This document shows positions 41,178 through 51,892 of a stretch of DNA of 64,000 nucleotides, piece after piece. Source of the DNA: Longimicrobiales bacterium (GTDB lineage: Bacteria; Gemmatimonadota; Gemmatimonadetes; Longimicrobiales; Gaopeijiaceae); assembly GCA_965226375.1 (NCBI GenBank), contig CBDDCX010000008.1, positions 1,504,001 to 1,568,000 on the forward strand. The letters are read 5' to 3'. The translations under genes and the position numbers were made by a program. The first letter of the stretch is position 1; each line of letters begins with the position of its first letter. The notes beneath the pieces are model-generated. The model had not been told where the DNA came from and searched no databases. It saw only the letters and a list, made by a program, of their open reading frames with translations.

Positions 41178-42322
41178 GCCTTCACCACTTCGTAGGGCAC
41201 GATACCGTCCGTTCCTCGCTCGCCCTCGCTTGGGAGCGTGGTTCCCTGCCAGTCACCATGTTGATCCACGGACCCAGGGGTGTCGGCAAGCAGCGACTCG
41301 CCCTGTGGCTTGGACAACTCCTGATGTGTACCGCACCGACCGCCGTCGGCCCATGCGCCGAGTGTAAGGCCTGCCGGATGGCGCTGTCCCTGGAGCATCC
41401 GGACCTCCACTGGTATTTCCCCCTGCCGAAGCCGCCGCGGGTGCGTCCCGACAAGCTCGCCGCGGCCATGGAAGAGGCGCGACATGAGGCCCTGGCAGAT
41501 CGCAGGCAGAACACGCTCAGACCAGCCGTGCAAGCAACTGAACCCACCGGCCTCTACCTGGCGGTGGCGCAGCACCTACGCTCGCAGGCCCGAAAGCGGC
41601 CGGCCATGGGCGCCCGGCAGGTCTTCGTCATCGGTGACGCGGAGACCCTGGTGCCCCAGGAATCCAGCCAGGCGGCGGCCAACGCCTTGCTGAAGCTGCT
41701 GGAGGAGCCTCCGGCAGATACCTCGTTGATCCTGACCTCGAGCGAGCCGGGCCGCCTCTTGGCCACGATCCGCTCCAGGACCATGCCGCTTCACCTGCCG
41801 GGACTCCCGGACCGAGACGTGGCAGCGTTCCTCGTGGCGGTGGCCGAGGTCGACCAGGAGAGCGCGGACAGGGCGGCACAACTGGGTCGAGGTTCCATAA
41901 GCCGCGCCCTGGGATTTCTTCCCGAAGGTGACGATCCCGGGCCATTGGAAAAGCTGCGACAGCAAGCCTTCCGTCTTCTGAAGGCGGCGTCGGCCCCGGA
42001 CGCCGGCTCCATTTACCGTCAATCTCTCGAATTCCAGTCTGTACGGGGCCGCGGCCTGATCGCGCTCCTGGACCTGTTCGAAGATGCTCTCCGGGACCTG
42101 TCCGCTACGGCGGCGGGAGTCCCTGATCGGGTCATCAGCCGCGACACGGCCGACTTTCTGGAACGGATTCAGACCGAGCGGGATATCCACCCTGTCGCGA
42201 TCGCCGCCGCATTCGCCAGGTTGGAGGAAGCCAAGGAGATGGCGGCGGGGAACGTAAACCCCCAGCTCGTCGTTGCGGGACTCTTGACCGGGATCCGAGA
42301 GGCACTGAATGGCAGCGTCTGA
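41174..42322 (+). CDS. holB: DNA polymerase III delta' subunit
   Basis: GPRGVGK, C..CAECKAC..HPD, AANALLKLLEEPP, TIRSR. Confidence 0.9.
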   Translation: MSLHHFVGHDTVRSSLALAWERGSLPVTMLIHGPRGVGKQRLALWLGQLLMCTAPTAVGPCAECKACRMALSLEHPDLHWYFPLPKPPRVRPDKLAAAMEEARHEALADRRQNTLRPAVQATEPTGLYLAVAQHLRSQARKRPAMGARQVFVIGDAETLVPQESSQAAANALLKLLEEPPADTSLILTSSEPGRLLATIRSRTMPLHLPGLPDRDVAAFLVAVAEVDQESADRAAQLGRGSISRALGFLPEGDDPGPLEKLRQQAFRLLKAASAPDAGSIYRQSLEFQSVRGRGLIALLDLFEDALRDLSATAAGVPDRVISRDTADFLERIQTERDIHPVAIAAAFARLEEAKEMAAGNVNPQLVVAGLLTGIREALNGSV

Positions 42323-42821
42323 TCAAGACGACAGATCGGGTACGGCAGGTCTGACACACCTGGACCCCGAAGGGCGCGCCCACATGGTCGACGTCACGCA
42401 GAAGAATGTCACCCAGCGAACCGCGGTGGCCGAGGGTCGCATTCGCATGTCCGCTGAGACCTTTAGCGCCATCGAGGCTGGGGACATGAAGAAGGGCGAC
42501 GTCGTCCAGGTAGCCCGGGTGGCTGCCATTGTGGCAGGAAAACGTACCGGCGAACTGATTCCTCTCTGTCATATGCTCCCCGGTGCATCGTTTAGCATAG
42601 ACGTGGAGATGGACCGGGACCTACCTGGAATCGTAATGCGAGCCGAGGTGACGGTCGCCGGGCAAACGGGCGTGGAAATGGAAGCCCTCACCTCCGTGAC
42701 CGTGGGTCTGCTGACGGTGTACGACATGGCCAAGTCCATCGATCGTGGCATGGTGATCGAGGGCGTCCGCCTCCTGCTCAAGGACGGTGGAAAGTCCGGC
42801 CGTTGGTCCGCCGACGACTGA
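42309..42821 (+). CDS. moaC: cyclic pyranopterin monophosphate synthase
   Basis: AHMVDV, LIPLCH, TGVEMEAL, YDMAKSID, GGKSG. Confidence 0.96.
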   Translation: MAASDQDDRSGTAGLTHLDPEGRAHMVDVTQKNVTQRTAVAEGRIRMSAETFSAIEAGDMKKGDVVQVARVAAIVAGKRTGELIPLCHMLPGASFSIDVEMDRDLPGIVMRAEVTVAGQTGVEMEALTSVTVGLLTVYDMAKSIDRGMVIEGVRLLLKDGGKSGRWSADD

Positions 42822-42861
42822 GCAACACACAACAACTCGATTCACTTCTGGAGACGTATCC

Positions 42862-44454
42862 GTGAGAAACTCAGTCCTGATTGCGTTCATCACAGTCGGT
42901 GTCGGCGCTTGCACAGGGGGTGGGGCCTCCACCTCCACCCCCGCCCCCGCAGCACGGCCGGCCCAGCCCGAAGCGGTCTCCTCCGTGGCGGATTACTCGG
43001 GAGCGATGACCCGCGCGGCCGCCACCATCAGGCCGAACCGGATCCAGGAGCACATAACGTACCTGGCGAGCGACGAACTGGGCGGACGCGACACCCCGAG
43101 TCCCGGCCTGGAAATGGCCGCCGAGTACCTGGCCGCCGAGTTGGAGAGCGCCGGCCTCGAGCCCGCCGGAGACGACGGGACGTTCCTTCAGCGCTTCCCC
43201 TACACTCGCACTGCCATGGTGGTCGGGCGTCGGCGGGTGGCCTACGACAGTCCGTCCGGAACGACGCAACTCGAGTTTGGGGGGGACTACTACGTGATCC
43301 CGGGGCAACAGGTCGCCGAAGGAGCCGAGGTGGTCTTCGGTGGGCCGGCCGGGCAGCCGCCCGACGGTCTCGTGCAGGTGGCCCGGGGCAAGGTGCTTCT
43401 CTTCACCACGGAGGGAAACCCGGTGGTGGGACCCGGCGAAGCTCTCCTTGCCGCGTTCCAGGTGGCAGCACAAGGTGGCGCCTCGGCCCTGGTCCTTCTC
43501 CTCGATGACACCAACGCTCCGGACAGCATTCTCGATCTCGCGAGCGGAATCCAAGGTGCGGGGTTGGCCACGCCGCTGCCGGTAGTCGGGCTGTCCGCCG
43601 CTCGGTCTCGCGAGCTGTTCTCGGCTGCCGGCCTGGATCTGCCGGCCTTGCGAGCGTCCCCTCCGGCGAGCGCCGTCACCCTGGAGGGAGTCACCATGAC
43701 GGTGGCCGCACCGTTCGAGATCTCCGAGCACACTCCCCCCAACGTGGTAGCCATGCTCAGAGGAAACGATCCGGTTCTCCAGGACGAGTACATCGTGTAT
43801 AGCGCACACTTCGACCACGTGGGCATCGGCATGCCGAACGAGGCGGGCGACTCCATCTACAATGGCGCCGACGACGACGCGTCGGGCACGTCCGTACTCC
43901 TGGAGGCGGCCGCCGCGTTCGCGGCCATGGACGTGCCACCGGCACGTTCCGTGATCTTCCTCGCCGTGAGCGGCGAAGAAAAGGGACTCCTCGGCTCCAA
44001 GTACTTCTCAGAAAACCCGACCGTGCCCATCGAGGGGATCATCATGAACATCAACCTCGACATGGTGGGCAGAAACCATCCCGACACCCTCATCGGCGTG
44101 GGTCGGCAATACACCAACCTCGGCCCCCTTACGGATCGCATCCTGGAGGAGCATCCGGAGCTCGGACTTACGGTCATCGAAGATCCCAAGCCCGAGGAGC
44201 AGGCGTTCTTCCGCAGCGATCACCTTCACTTCGTCAACAAGGACATTCCGGCGATCTTCTTCACCACCTGGGACCACGAGGACTACCACAAGCCCTCCGA
44301 TGAAGCCCACCTGATCGACTCGGAGAAGGCGGCGCGAATCGCGAAGCTGGTGTTCTACCTCGGCGCACGCATCGCCGGTGGAGACGAAGATCCGCAGTGG
44401 ACAGAGACCGGCCTGGCCGAGGTGCAACAGATCATCGCCGAAAACGGGAACTGA
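42862..44454 (+). CDS. M28 family peptidase, lipoprotein
   Basis: VGAC lipobox; LASDELGGR, SAHFDH, NGADDDASG, GEEKGL, DMVG, RSDH, DYH. Confidence 0.9.
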   Translation: MRNSVLIAFITVGVGACTGGGASTSTPAPAARPAQPEAVSSVADYSGAMTRAAATIRPNRIQEHITYLASDELGGRDTPSPGLEMAAEYLAAELESAGLEPAGDDGTFLQRFPYTRTAMVVGRRRVAYDSPSGTTQLEFGGDYYVIPGQQVAEGAEVVFGGPAGQPPDGLVQVARGKVLLFTTEGNPVVGPGEALLAAFQVAAQGGASALVLLLDDTNAPDSILDLASGIQGAGLATPLPVVGLSAARSRELFSAAGLDLPALRASPPASAVTLEGVTMTVAAPFEISEHTPPNVVAMLRGNDPVLQDEYIVYSAHFDHVGIGMPNEAGDSIYNGADDDASGTSVLLEAAAAFAAMDVPPARSVIFLAVSGEEKGLLGSKYFSENPTVPIEGIIMNINLDMVGRNHPDTLIGVGRQYTNLGPLTDRILEEHPELGLTVIEDPKPEEQAFFRSDHLHFVNKDIPAIFFTTWDHEDYHKPSDEAHLIDSEKAARIAKLVFYLGARIAGGDEDPQWTETGLAEVQQIIAENGN

Positions 44455-44469
44455 TCGGGTTAGTCCACA

Positions 44470-45726
44470 CTAGGATCCCCTACGGCCCCGCTCGCCGGTT
44501 CGGGGGGCCCGGGGGACGACCACCCACTGGCCGATCTGCAGCCGCCGCGGCTCGATGCCCGGGTTGGCTGCCTGCAACAGACCCAGGCTCACGCCGTACC
44601 GCACCGCGATGTGGCTGAACGTCTCACCACTCTGGACCCGGTGCTCCAGGAAGCTGACGCGTCGTTCCGGGGGGATCAGGGCGTAGTTTTCTTCGAACAC
44701 ACGGCCCTGGCCTTCGGGCACCCGCACGATCGTCTCCCGATCGGGTGGTGTGAATCCTCGCACGAGCTGCGGATTCAGCTCCTCGATGGCCTCCTGCCGG
44801 CTCTCAGCCGCTTGTGCGATCACGTCCACGGACGTCGCATCCGGGACCGTGACCTTCTCGAAGCGGAGCGGAGTCGTGGAAGGCGGCTCGAACCCGTACC
44901 GTTCGGGAGATCCCGCCAAGGTCGAGGCAGCGAGAAGCTTCGGGATAAAGTCGCGTGTCTCAGCCGGAAGCGCTTCGTAAAGCACCAGAAAGAGGCTGTC
45001 CCCCTGAGGCGCAAGCGGGGCCCGGCTCCTCAGAATACGCGAGACACGAGCCGGCCGTTACGCGAGACACGAGCCGGCCCGGCGTTGTATGCGGCGAGCG
45101 CAAGATACCAGGAGCCGAATCGCTCGTAGTGCTCCGCCAGGACGTCCAGAGCCTTGGGAGTGGATCGCACCGGGTCCCGGCGTTCGTCGAGTAGTGGACT
45201 CACCGTCAATCCGACATCGCAGGTGGCGTTGTATGCGGCGTCCGCAAGCTCAGGAGCCGAACGTAGTGCCACAGACCCACAGCGGACGCATCGCGCGCCG
45301 TCCCGCTCATGGGCTTCGGGCGGCCGGAGCATACCCGCTCTCGATGATGGGCCAGTAGCGAAGGGAGCGCGGGAGCCCCCTGGCCGCGATTTCCCGATCC
45401 ACGACCTCGCGGTACCGCTCCATGCGAGTCAGGTACAGCTGAAAGTCCCGGGCTCCCGGCCCGGTCCAGCGTTCGATCCAGCGTTCCGTGCGATCGGCCA
45501 ACGTCGGGTGACGCGCCCAGCGGGAACCGAGGATGGGATCTCGCACCACCTCTGGAGGTTCGGTGAGAACGGGGCCTCGCCCGGCGTCGAGAAATGCGGG
45601 CCGATCCGACTTCAGGGCGGGCCCCGGGACCGAGGGAGGGGGATCGGGCATACCGGCCGCGCAGCCCACCCCGAGCCACGAAGCCGTCGCGGCCACGACG
45701 GTCCGGAGTACCCGGCCCCTATTCAT
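44470..45726 (-). pseudogene. MltD-like lytic transglycosylase with LysM domains, disrupted
   Basis: Fragments in different frames: PIIESGY.., AVGLW, DERRDP, LALAAYNAG, LPAETRDFIPKLLA, LysM HRVQSGETFSHIA; in-frame stop at 45307-45309 and rearranged segments. Confidence 0.85.
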
Positions 45727-45894
45727 CTAGGCGAGCACTTGATCCACCGCACTCAAGAGGCGATCCACGGCCTCGTCCGTGGCGCTCGACCCCATGCCGA
45801 CGGTGGGGTGGGCCATGGCAGACAGAACCCGGTCCGAGACGGGAGAGGGGCCGGGACCCAGCAGGAGCCGAGCCGGTATGTCGTGTACTCGCAT
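45727..45894 (-). pseudogene. alanine-glyoxylate/serine-pyruvate (class V) aminotransferase remnant
   Basis: 55 aa: N-terminal LLLGPGPSPV..AMAHPTVG fused to C-terminal-like MGSSATDEAVDRLLSAVDQVLA. Confidence 0.75.
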
Positions 45895-45911
45895 AAAGTG
45901 GGTGTGCCGGC

Positions 45912-47390
45912 CTACATATGGTAGTTGGGGGCTTCCCGAGTGATCGTGACGTCGTGGGGATGAGACTCCCGAAGACCGCCGGGGGTCACGCGTACGAATC
46001 TGGCCTTCTCCCAAAGCTCGCGGAGGTTCGCGGCCCCGCAATAGCCCATACCGCTTTGGAGTCCGCCCACAAGTTGGAATACCGAGTCCGCCATGGGGCC
46101 CTTGTACGGCACACGAGCCTCGATCCCCTCGGGCACCAGCTTGTGCTTCTCCGTCCCGGGATCCTGGAAATAACGGTCCGCCGAGCCCTCTTGCATGGCG
46201 GACAGCGAGCCCATTCCCCGCACCGTCTTGAAGCGACGTCCCTCCATGAGAAAACTTTCGCCCGGAGACTCCTCGGTGCCCGCGAACATGGACCCCATCA
46301 TCACCGACTGGGCTCCCGCCGCCAGCGCCTTGACCAGGTCCCCGGAGTAACGGATGCCTCCGTCTGCTATCACGGGAATCTCACCCTGTACGCCCTCTAC
46401 CGCGTCCATGATGGCCGTCAACTGCGGTAGGCCCACCCCTGTCACGATCCGCGTCGTACAGATCGACCCCGGCCCCACGCCGACCTTGATGGCGTCGGCG
46501 CCTCTCTCGAGCAGGGCGGCGGCGCCTTCGGTGGTTCCGATATTTCCGGCCACGATCTGTGCATCGGGGAACTTCTCCCGGGTGCGCGCCACGGCCTGGA
46601 GCACACCCTCCGCATGGCCATGAGCGGTATCGATCACCAGGGCGTCGACCCCGGCCGCCACGAGCTCGGCGGCGCGATCCAGGTCCTTGTGCGACGCCCC
46701 GATCGCCGCGCCCACCCGAAGACGCCCGTGTTCGTCCTTGCAGGAATTCGGAAAGAGGCGGCGCTTGAAGATGTCCTTGACCGTAATCAAGCCCTGGAGA
46801 ATCCCTTCGTCATCGACCACAGGGAGCTTTTCGATACGGTGCTGGTGGAGGATCTTCTCCGCGTCCTCCAGGGTCGTGCCCACGGGCGCCACCACCAGAC
46901 CTTCTGCCGTCATGACGTCATGAATCGTGCGATCGAGATCGGTCTCGAACTGGAGATCGCGATTCGTGACGATCCCGATCAGGCGGCCACCTTCTTCGAT
47001 GATCGGCACTCCCGAGATCGAGAAGCGTGCCATGAGCCCGTGAGCGTCACGTAGCGTCTTGTCCGGAGGCAGCGTGATGGGATCTCTGATCATGCCGCTC
47101 TCGGACCGTTTGACCCGGTCGACTTCCTCGGCTTGCCGCTCGATGGAGAGATTCTTGTGAATGATCCCCAGCCCCCCCTGCCGAGCGATGGCAATGGCCA
47201 TACCCGACTCGGTCACCGTATCCATCGCGGCGGTAAGGAGAGGGATCTGGAGTTGGATATCCTTTGTCAGGGAAGAGGTGACCGAGGTGTCCTTCGGGTG
47301 CACGGTCGAATGCCCGGGCACGAGAAGCACGTCATCAAACGTCAGGGATTCCTTGACTATCACCGCCATGAGGTCATTCCGATCACCCAT
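45912..47390 (-). CDS. guaB: IMP dehydrogenase
   Basis: [13 protein letters not shown] pair, [24 protein letters not shown]. Confidence 0.98.
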   Translation of the reverse strand: MGDRNDLMAVIVKESLTFDDVLLVPGHSTVHPKDTSVTSSLTKDIQLQIPLLTAAMDTVTESGMAIAIARQGGLGIIHKNLSIERQAEEVDRVKRSESGMIRDPITLPPDKTLRDAHGLMARFSISGVPIIEEGGRLIGIVTNRDLQFETDLDRTIHDVMTAEGLVVAPVGTTLEDAEKILHQHRIEKLPVVDDEGILQGLITVKDIFKRRLFPNSCKDEHGRLRVGAAIGASHKDLDRAAELVAAGVDALVIDTAHGHAEGVLQAVARTREKFPDAQIVAGNIGTTEGAAALLERGADAIKVGVGPGSICTTRIVTGVGLPQLTAIMDAVEGVQGEIPVIADGGIRYSGDLVKALAAGAQSVMMGSMFAGTEESPGESFLMEGRRFKTVRGMGSLSAMQEGSADRYFQDPGTEKHKLVPEGIEARVPYKGPMADSVFQLVGGLQSGMGYCGAANLRELWEKARFVRVTPGGLRESHPHDVTITREAPNYHM

Positions 47391-47466
47391 AAACGAGACG
47401 CCCGCCCACCCGAAGTCTCCAGCAGAGACCCCCGGCGAACAGGCGCAGTATTGGCTACCATGGAAG

Positions 47467-47496
47467 ATCTTACCCGAAGGCGTCTCGGGGTGTCAA
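47467..47496 (-). promoter_or_regulatory. sigma70-type promoter of guaB
   Basis: Minus strand TTGACA-N18-TAAGAT. Confidence 0.6.
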
Positions 47497-47882
47497 CCCT
47501 CCTCTTTCGGAGCGTCGTCGGAGTGTTCGTCTCCGTCGTTTTCCGCTTCGTCCAAGCTCGGGTCCTCCGACCCGGAGGGCTCTCCGAGGGACGGCGTCAG
47601 TTCCTCGAGGAGTTGCTTACCGGCCGATGACACATTCGAGAGGACCCGATCGGCCGCGGATATGAGCTGAAACGCCTCCCTCAGCGTCGCGGGGCTCATA
47701 GCCTTCTTCCGGAGCTTGTCCTCCATGGACTCCGCAAACTTCTGAAGCCCCGAGGCTTCCTGGGCGATATCGGTGGCGTACTTACCTTCGAGGAACTCGA
47801 TGTAGTCGAGGATTTGGTACACCTGCTCCTCAGGCAGACTCTCGATCTTCCGCATCAGGCGTTGCCGGAGTACGTCGTGCAT
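47493..47882 (-). CDS. hypothetical protein (DUF2281-like N-terminus)
   Basis: IESLPEEQVYQILDYIEFL motif; typical codon usage. Confidence 0.65.
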   Translation of the reverse strand: MHDVLRQRLMRKIESLPEEQVYQILDYIEFLEGKYATDIAQEASGLQKFAESMEDKLRKKAMSPATLREAFQLISAADRVLSNVSSAGKQLLEELTPSLGEPSGSEDPSLDEAENDGDEHSDDAPKEEG

Positions 47883-48043
47883 GGTCGATCTTCCCGAATC
47901 GGTTACAGTTCCCGGTCCAGACGGGCCCAGAGCAAGTTAACACGGCCCCCGGGGGAGAGGCGACGGCTTCGCCTGGCGGATCGCAGCCCCTATCGTCCAC
48001 CGTCGCCCCGGAACTCCCTTGTCCCTACGGGGCTAAACGCCCA

Positions 48044-48865
48044 ATGGTTTTCCTCCCCAATCGCAGAGTCGACATCGCCGACGAAGCCGCTCGTCTCTAC
48101 GTGGCCTGGCTCGGCTCCATCGAGGAACGTCTCGAGGATCCCTCGTGCGATCGCTATGAACTGTGCCGCTCGGTTCTGACGGAGATCCACTATCCGGAGC
48201 TGGTTGGAGTGGATCTCCAGACACTCCCCCTATCGACACAGGTGTTACTGGCACAGATGGACGCGCGCAGCGTCACGCTGGAGCCCGAGTATTACGCCGA
48301 GACAGACCTCGAGCGGTACGACCTGGTCAAGCCCCTCATCTGGATGTGGGAGGGGTTCGACCGGAGCGCTCTGGGAGAGAACGTGCACCTGGGGGTCAAG
48401 TTCCGGAGGATGCTCGCGAAGCGCATCTTCCGGAGGTGTGGAGACAACTTCAAGGCCTTTCACCATGTGAAGCTGTCCTTCGGCTACAACATGGACGTGG
48501 GCGACAATGTCGTGGTCCACCGGCACGTGCTCCTCGACGACCGGGGTGGCATCCAACTCGGAAACGGCGCTTCCATCTCCGACTTTGCCAACATCTACAG
48601 TCACTCCCACGACCTGGTCGAGGGGCGGGACATCACCACTCCGGTGACCGTTATCGGCGCCGGAGTCCGGATCACCTACCACGCCACCGTCATGTCTGGA
48701 GTCCATATCGCAGACGGTACCATGCTAGGATCGTTCGGAATGGCCACCCGTGACACAGAACCCGAGAGTATCTACGCGGGCATCCCGGCAAAGAAGATCA
48801 AGGACAAACCGTCTCGGGAGCGTCCGCCGCCTACCCGAGATCCGTTGGCGGACGACGGCGACTAG
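48044..48865 (+). CDS. hexapeptide-repeat acyltransferase
   Basis: Left-handed beta-helix repeats, IYSHSH, YAGIPAK. Confidence 0.85.
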   Translation: MVFLPNRRVDIADEAARLYVAWLGSIEERLEDPSCDRYELCRSVLTEIHYPELVGVDLQTLPLSTQVLLAQMDARSVTLEPEYYAETDLERYDLVKPLIWMWEGFDRSALGENVHLGVKFRRMLAKRIFRRCGDNFKAFHHVKLSFGYNMDVGDNVVVHRHVLLDDRGGIQLGNGASISDFANIYSHSHDLVEGRDITTPVTVIGAGVRITYHATVMSGVHIADGTMLGSFGMATRDTEPESIYAGIPAKKIKDKPSRERPPPTRDPLADDGD

Positions 48866-48870
48866 CGCGG

Positions 48871-50829
48871 CTACCCCTCCTCGGCTTCGTACTGCGCCTG
48901 AAGGCGCGCCACGACCTCCGGGTCCGCCAGGGTGGTCGTGTCACCCAGCGCATGGCCTTCAGCCACATCCTTCAGCAAACGTCTCATGATCTTGCCGGAT
49001 CGCGTCTTTGGAAGGTCCGCAGTAAAGACGACGATCTCGGGGCGGGCAATAGCGCCGATCTTGCCGGCGACGTGGGCCTTCAGCTCCTTTACCAGATCGT
49101 CACTGCCGTCCCGGCCCTGTCCTAACGTCACGAAGGCGGCAATCGACTGACCCTTCACGTCGTGCGTCTTAGCCACGACGGCGGCCTCGACCACGGCCTC
49201 ATGATCGACTAACGCGCTCTCCACCTCCATGGTACCGATTCTGTGGCCGGCAACGTTGAGAACGTCATCCACGCGGCCCAGAATCCAGAGGTAGCCGTCA
49301 TCGTCGAACTTGGCACCGTCTCCGGGAAAGTAGATCCCGTCCCATTTGGACCAGTACGTCTCGCGGTAGCGTTCTTCGTCTCCGTAGATCGTACGCAACA
49401 TGGAGGGCCAGGGCCGCGTGATGGCAAGGAACCCCGCCGTCACCTCATTCCCGTTGTTGTCGAGAAGGGCGGCCGAAATGCCGGGAAAGGGCTCGGTCGC
49501 GCTGCCCGGGCGGGTCGTGGTCACCGCGGGTAGCGGAGTGATCATGATCGCCCCGGTCTCGGTCTGCCACCACGTGTCGACGATGGGACAACGCTCACCT
49601 CCGATCACCTCGTGATACCACATCCAAGCCTCGGGATTGATCGGCTCCCCGACAGATCCAAGGAGCCTCAGCTTGGACAGGTCGTGCTTCGCGGGCCACT
49701 CGTCACCCCACTTCATGAAGGCCCGAATCGCTGTGGGAGCGGTGTAGAAGACCGTGACCCCATACTTGTCACACAACTCCCAGAACCGGTCGTTCTCAGG
49801 CCAGTTGGGAGCGCCCTCATACATGAGGGCCGTGGTCCCGTTCGACAGCGGTCCGTAGACGATGTAGCTGTGCCCCGTAACCCAACCCACATCAGCGGTG
49901 CACCAGTAGACGTCATCTTCTCTGAGATCGAAGACACATTTTGTGGTGGCGTTGACCTGGGTCAGATACCCACCCGTCGTGTGCACGACTCCTTTGGGCT
50001 TACCGGTGGTCCCGGAGGTGTAGAGGATGTAGAGCAGATCCTCCGAGTCCATCACCTCGGGCGGACAGTCAGTGCCGGCGTCGGCCACGAGTTCGTGGTA
50101 CCAGTGATCCCGGCCTTCCACCATATGTGCATCGACCTCCTGGGTGAGTGCTCCGCCGCGAGCCACGACCACCACACTCTCGATGGTGGGACACGACTCC
50201 ACGGCCACGTCGGCGTTGACCTTGAGCGGCACGATTCCACCTCGACGATACCCACCGTCGGCAGTGATCAGCGCCTTGGCCTCGGCGTCGTTGATTCGGT
50301 CGGACAGGGACTCGGGACTGAAGCCGCCGAAGACCACCGAATGCGGCGCACCGATCCGGGCGCAGGCCAGCATGGCGATGGCCGCCTCAGGGATCATGGG
50401 CAAGTAGATGGCCACTCGATCCCCCTTCCCCACCCCCAGGCCCTTCAGGGCGTTGGCGAACCGGCACACCTCCGCGTGCAGCTCGCAGTAGGTGTAGGAG
50501 CGAGTGTCGCCGGGTTCTCCCTCCCAGATCAAGGCAGGCTTGTCGCGACGGGGACCGTCGAGGTGACGATCCAAACAGTTGTGGGAGACGTTGAGCTTGC
50601 CGCCCACAAACCACTTCGCGTGAGGTGGATTCCATTCGAGAACCGTGTGCCACTTCTCGAACCAATCGAGCTCCTCCGCCCAGGATTCCCAGAAGGCGAG
50701 ATAATCTTCGGAAGCCTGATCGTAGGGTCGTCGATCCACCACGACCGCGCCGTTCTTGAACTGCTCGGGTGGGGGGAAGAGACGTTCTTCGGTCAGTAGT
50801 ACATCGAGAGCTCCGCCTTCAGCACTCAT
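48871..50829 (-). CDS. acs: acetyl-CoA synthetase
   Basis: [37 protein letters not shown]. Confidence 0.97.
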   Translation of the reverse strand: MSAEGGALDVLLTEERLFPPPEQFKNGAVVVDRRPYDQASEDYLAFWESWAEELDWFEKWHTVLEWNPPHAKWFVGGKLNVSHNCLDRHLDGPRRDKPALIWEGEPGDTRSYTYCELHAEVCRFANALKGLGVGKGDRVAIYLPMIPEAAIAMLACARIGAPHSVVFGGFSPESLSDRINDAEAKALITADGGYRRGGIVPLKVNADVAVESCPTIESVVVVARGGALTQEVDAHMVEGRDHWYHELVADAGTDCPPEVMDSEDLLYILYTSGTTGKPKGVVHTTGGYLTQVNATTKCVFDLREDDVYWCTADVGWVTGHSYIVYGPLSNGTTALMYEGAPNWPENDRFWELCDKYGVTVFYTAPTAIRAFMKWGDEWPAKHDLSKLRLLGSVGEPINPEAWMWYHEVIGGERCPIVDTWWQTETGAIMITPLPAVTTTRPGSATEPFPGISAALLDNNGNEVTAGFLAITRPWPSMLRTIYGDEERYRETYWSKWDGIYFPGDGAKFDDDGYLWILGRVDDVLNVAGHRIGTMEVESALVDHEAVVEAAVVAKTHDVKGQSIAAFVTLGQGRDGSDDLVKELKAHVAGKIGAIARPEIVVFTADLPKTRSGKIMRRLLKDVAEGHALGDTTTLADPEVVARLQAQYEAEEG

Positions 50830-51386
50830 TCATCCTCCAAGTGTGGGATAATGAAATCGTCGTGTACCAACGCTCGTTCAAACGCGGCGACGGTGGCGGA
50901 CGCTAGCGCCGAAACCGCATCCGCTCCGGCCCTCATCGCCTTGGCGGGAATCCGGAGCTTGAGACGGATCTCACTCTCGGCGCCGTCCGGATCGTCATCC
51001 GACCCATCCATACGCAATCGTACCGTAAAGGGCGTTCGATGTCCCTCGGGCATGCACTGTGCGCTCACCTTGGCAAGGGCGGAAAGGAAGTCCTTCATGG
51101 GCCCGAGACGGGAAAGCTCCGGACCTTCCACAACCAGGGCCAGATTGCCCCTGAGACCCTTCGTCGTCTCGTCCAGGAACACGTCGACGCTCACGATGTC
51201 CGGAAACCTCGCGTTGTGGAAAAAGAGGTAGGCGCTCCTGGAGCTCTGCCCATCCCATCGACCCTCGAACTGATGGCTGGTCGTCTTCTGTAGACCCGAC
51301 AGATTCCACCCGGCCCCGGATACCCCCTCCCGAACAGCATCGATGAGTGGCTCGAGGGTCAAAAGCGGTTCGCTCGTCGTCGTCAT
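50826..51386 (-). CDS. hypothetical protein
   Basis: ATGA-coupled to acs; globular-looking sequence. Confidence 0.75.
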   Translation of the reverse strand: MTTTSEPLLTLEPLIDAVREGVSGAGWNLSGLQKTTSHQFEGRWDGQSSRSAYLFFHNARFPDIVSVDVFLDETTKGLRGNLALVVEGPELSRLGPMKDFLSALAKVSAQCMPEGHRTPFTVRLRMDGSDDDPDGAESEIRLKLRIPAKAMRAGADAVSALASATVAAFERALVHDDFIIPHLEDE

Positions 51387-51421
51387 GGATCACTAAAGGC
51401 GCTCTCGGGTATGGCCGCAAC

Positions 51422-51892
51422 ATGTCTACATCTTCCAGCTCGAGCGACCAGGTCCTCCGGCGGGCACTCGAGGCGCGTGGGCATCGGTTCACAGATCAGC
51501 GTGCGGCCGTCTATCGGCTCCTTGCTCACACCACCGTCCACCCCACGGCGGACGAAGTGTTTCTCGGTGTACGGGACGAGGTGCCCGGAATTTCTTTGGC
51601 CACGGTATACAAGAGTCTCGAGACCATCGTGTCTTGCGGTCTGGCCAACAAGCTGAGTCACGCCGACGGCTCGGCCCGTTATGATGGCAGGACCGATCCG
51701 CATCACCATGCCAGATGCATCACCTGCGGGTCCGTGTCCGATATTCCAGGTGAGCTCCATGATTCCGACCTCTCCTGCGTCAGTGCGGGGACCGACGGCT
51801 TCCAGGTGACCGGATATCAGCTCGAGCTCACCGGATATTGCCCTGAGTGTGCTCGAGAGTCGGATGGCGAGGCGATCGCCGCCGTCGGCTGA
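51422..51892 (+). CDS. Fur family regulator (PerR-like)
   Basis: HPTADEV, ISLATVYKSL, RYD..HHHARCITCG, CPEC. Confidence 0.92.
   Translation: MSTSSSSSDQVLRRALEARGHRFTDQRAAVYRLLAHTTVHPTADEVFLGVRDEVPGISLATVYKSLETIVSCGLANKLSHADGSARYDGRTDPHHHARCITCGSVSDIPGELHDSDLSCVSAGTDGFQVTGYQLELTGYCPECARESDGEAIAAVG

Noticed and set aside
45036..45269. Repeats as a CRISPR array or a diversity-generating retroelement template/variable pair
   Set aside because: No regular spacers, differences are indels rather than A-specific changes, and no reverse transcriptase or cas gene is in the window.
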